Below, in pieces: positions 62,690-64,000 of a stretch of DNA of 64,000 bases; within the stretch, counting starts at the first letter, position 1; every line of letters starts with the position of its first letter. The notes beneath the pieces were generated by a model that did no database searches, was not told the DNA's origin, and saw only the letters and a program-made list of their open reading frames with translations. The position numbers were made by a program, and so were the translations under genes. The stretch is from an uncultured Acidobacteriota bacterium (GTDB lineage: Bacteria; Acidobacteriota; UBA6911): contig CAWEJX010000001.1 of NCBI GenBank assembly GCA_963809485.1, positions 256,001 through 320,000 on the forward strand, in the 5' to 3' direction.

Positions 62690-62884
62690 TCATTCGGCAG
62701 GAGCGGGAGTCCCTGCGGCATCAAAGCCCCCTGTACCGCGGCAGTTCTGGCATTTCCCGCTGCCATGGGGGTAGCATGAAGTGCACACTTTTCCCTTCTG
62801 CAATGCCAGCCGTCCGGTTCCATGACAGGCATGGCATTTACCGGACCCTTTGCAGTGGGAGCATTTTCGACGAGATTCCGGCAT
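62690..62884 (-). CDS. Small Cys-rich zinc-finger protein (DnaJ-type CxxCxGxG repeats)
   Basis: 64 aa with CSHCKGSG, CHACHGTG, CTSCYPHGSG and CQNCRGTG; strong AGGAGG RBS. Confidence 0.8.
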   Translation of the reverse strand: MPESRRKCSHCKGSGKCHACHGTGRLALQKGKVCTSCYPHGSGKCQNCRGTGGFDAAGTPAPAE

Positions 62885-62921
62885 TATGAAAACCTCCTAT
62901 AGCAGACTTGCTCATGCAAAA

Positions 62922-63743
62922 CTACCGCTGGCATTCCGGGCAATAAAATGTACTCCTATTGCCCTGACGCATTCTCTTTATGCATGACCGGCAGCGGACA
63001 CACGGTTGTTGCTCTCTTTGAAAGACCTTGAGATATTTCTGGTTTTCCCCCGGTCTGCCGTTCGAATCCAGAAAATCCGAGAAGCTTGTCCCATGGTTAC
63101 GGATTGCCAGCCTTAACACCGCCTGTATTGAGCGAACCAGCCGGGCGGTTTCCTCGCAGGTGAGAGTCATACAGCGGCGAGCCGGATGTAGCCGCGCCAG
63201 GAACAATGCCTCGCATACGTAAATGTTGCCAAGACCGGCAATCTTGCTCTGGTCAAGCAGGAAGGACTTGATATCCTGACGGCTTTTCTGAAGCAGCGGC
63301 CGGAACCACCTGCTATGGAATCCGCCGCTCAGCGGATCTTTCCCCAGGGCTCTGAGTTCCGGGATATGGCCCGAATGAGTCACTTCATAGACAGCCAGCA
63401 GGCCGAAGCGGCGAGGGTCGCGATATACCAGGCACGTAGAGTCGGCAAATCGAACCATAGCATGTACATGCCGGACCATCTCCTGGGCAGTGGACCGATA
63501 AAGCAACCTTCCGCTCATGCCCAGGTGGATAATCCAGAAGGCTTTCGGCTCCAGTTCCAGGATCAGGTATTTCCCACGCCGCACAACTTCGCGTATTGCA
63601 CGCCCGCCGAGGCTCGCCGCAAACAAATCGGAAATCGGCTTTCGCAGCGACAGGCCGGAAACCTGAACTTCAGAGATGCGCTTCCCGACCACTGCCGTTC
63701 TCAGCATTCGCGCCAAGGTTTCAACTTCCGGCATTTCAGGCAT
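62922..63743 (-). CDS. mutM: Formamidopyrimidine-DNA glycosylase
   Basis: MPEMPEVET, RRGKYL, HLGMSG, DPRRFG, GLGNIY and C-terminal Zn finger. Confidence 0.97.
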   Translation of the reverse strand: MPEMPEVETLARMLRTAVVGKRISEVQVSGLSLRKPISDLFAASLGGRAIREVVRRGKYLILELEPKAFWIIHLGMSGRLLYRSTAQEMVRHVHAMVRFADSTCLVYRDPRRFGLLAVYEVTHSGHIPELRALGKDPLSGGFHSRWFRPLLQKSRQDIKSFLLDQSKIAGLGNIYVCEALFLARLHPARRCMTLTCEETARLVRSIQAVLRLAIRNHGTSFSDFLDSNGRPGENQKYLKVFQREQQPCVRCRSCIKRMRQGNRSTFYCPECQR

Positions 63744-63799
63744 TTTATTAGCCGAGGGGCGGCACCTGGAAGACTTGTGGACAGATTCGGAAAGCCGTT

Positions 63800-64000
63800 T
63801 TACAGGTCATCCGTGCCGGAACCGCCCGAGCCTCCTATTTCGCCGCCAGCAGCTTCCTGCGCCGCTTCTTCGGCCATCTGGTCGATGTCTTCGCCGCCGA
63901 AATCCTCCCCAAGCTCTTTACCCATCTTCTTCATCCAGCGGGCAACGCTGGAGGGATCGTTTTCATCCAGCCCGGAAAAATTCGAGGGATCCGCCAGGGA
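63800..64000 (-). CDS. C-terminal part of a probable FmdB-family zinc-ribbon protein (partial)
   Basis: Manual translation ...SLADPSNFSGLDENDPSSVARWMKKMGKELGEDFG...GTDDL*; this tail is typical of FmdB-type proteins. Confidence 0.6.
   Translation of the reverse strand, partial: SLADPSNFSGLDENDPSSVARWMKKMGKELGEDFGGEDIDQMAEEAAQEAAGGEIGGSGGSGTDDL

Overview
A 64 kb, moderately GC-rich bacterial chromosomal segment made mostly of core housekeeping genes. The protein sequences look Acidobacteriota-like, which is an inference and not a database result. It contains uvrC, lolA/lspA, an OPT transporter, a heat-shock block (hsp20-clpB-htpX-grpE), an orphan nuoF, amrA and amrB (17 kb apart), ruvC-yebC, pyrE-truA-uppS-cdsA-dxr-rseP, an anti-sigma/STAS pair, ligA, accD, pdxB, an hpnI-hpnK-EamA-DegT cluster, mazG, a diguanylate cyclase-mreBCD-mrdA-rodA-rne/rng run, a ppiD-like gene, thiM, coaX and mutM. 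No rRNA, tRNA, CRISPR array or prophage was seen. The most interesting signals are non-coding. (1) A ~400 bp non-autonomous element has IS200/IS605-type terminal hairpins around a nested long palindrome; there are 3 near-identical copies, 1 short relative and 2 lone ends. (2) Inverted pairs of 7-bp tandem-repeat arrays recur and often start exactly at stop codons; one pair lies in a diverged 244-bp tandem duplication bounded by 8-bp microhomology. (3) An intact IS1634-family element has ~85 bp imperfect terminal repeats, a CTAG target duplication and a third copy of an end motif over its own -10 box. (4) A small accessory patch between ligA and accD holds a sigma54-type response regulator with ATG-TAA at its best start, a dif-like site and a Phd-Uma2 fusion.
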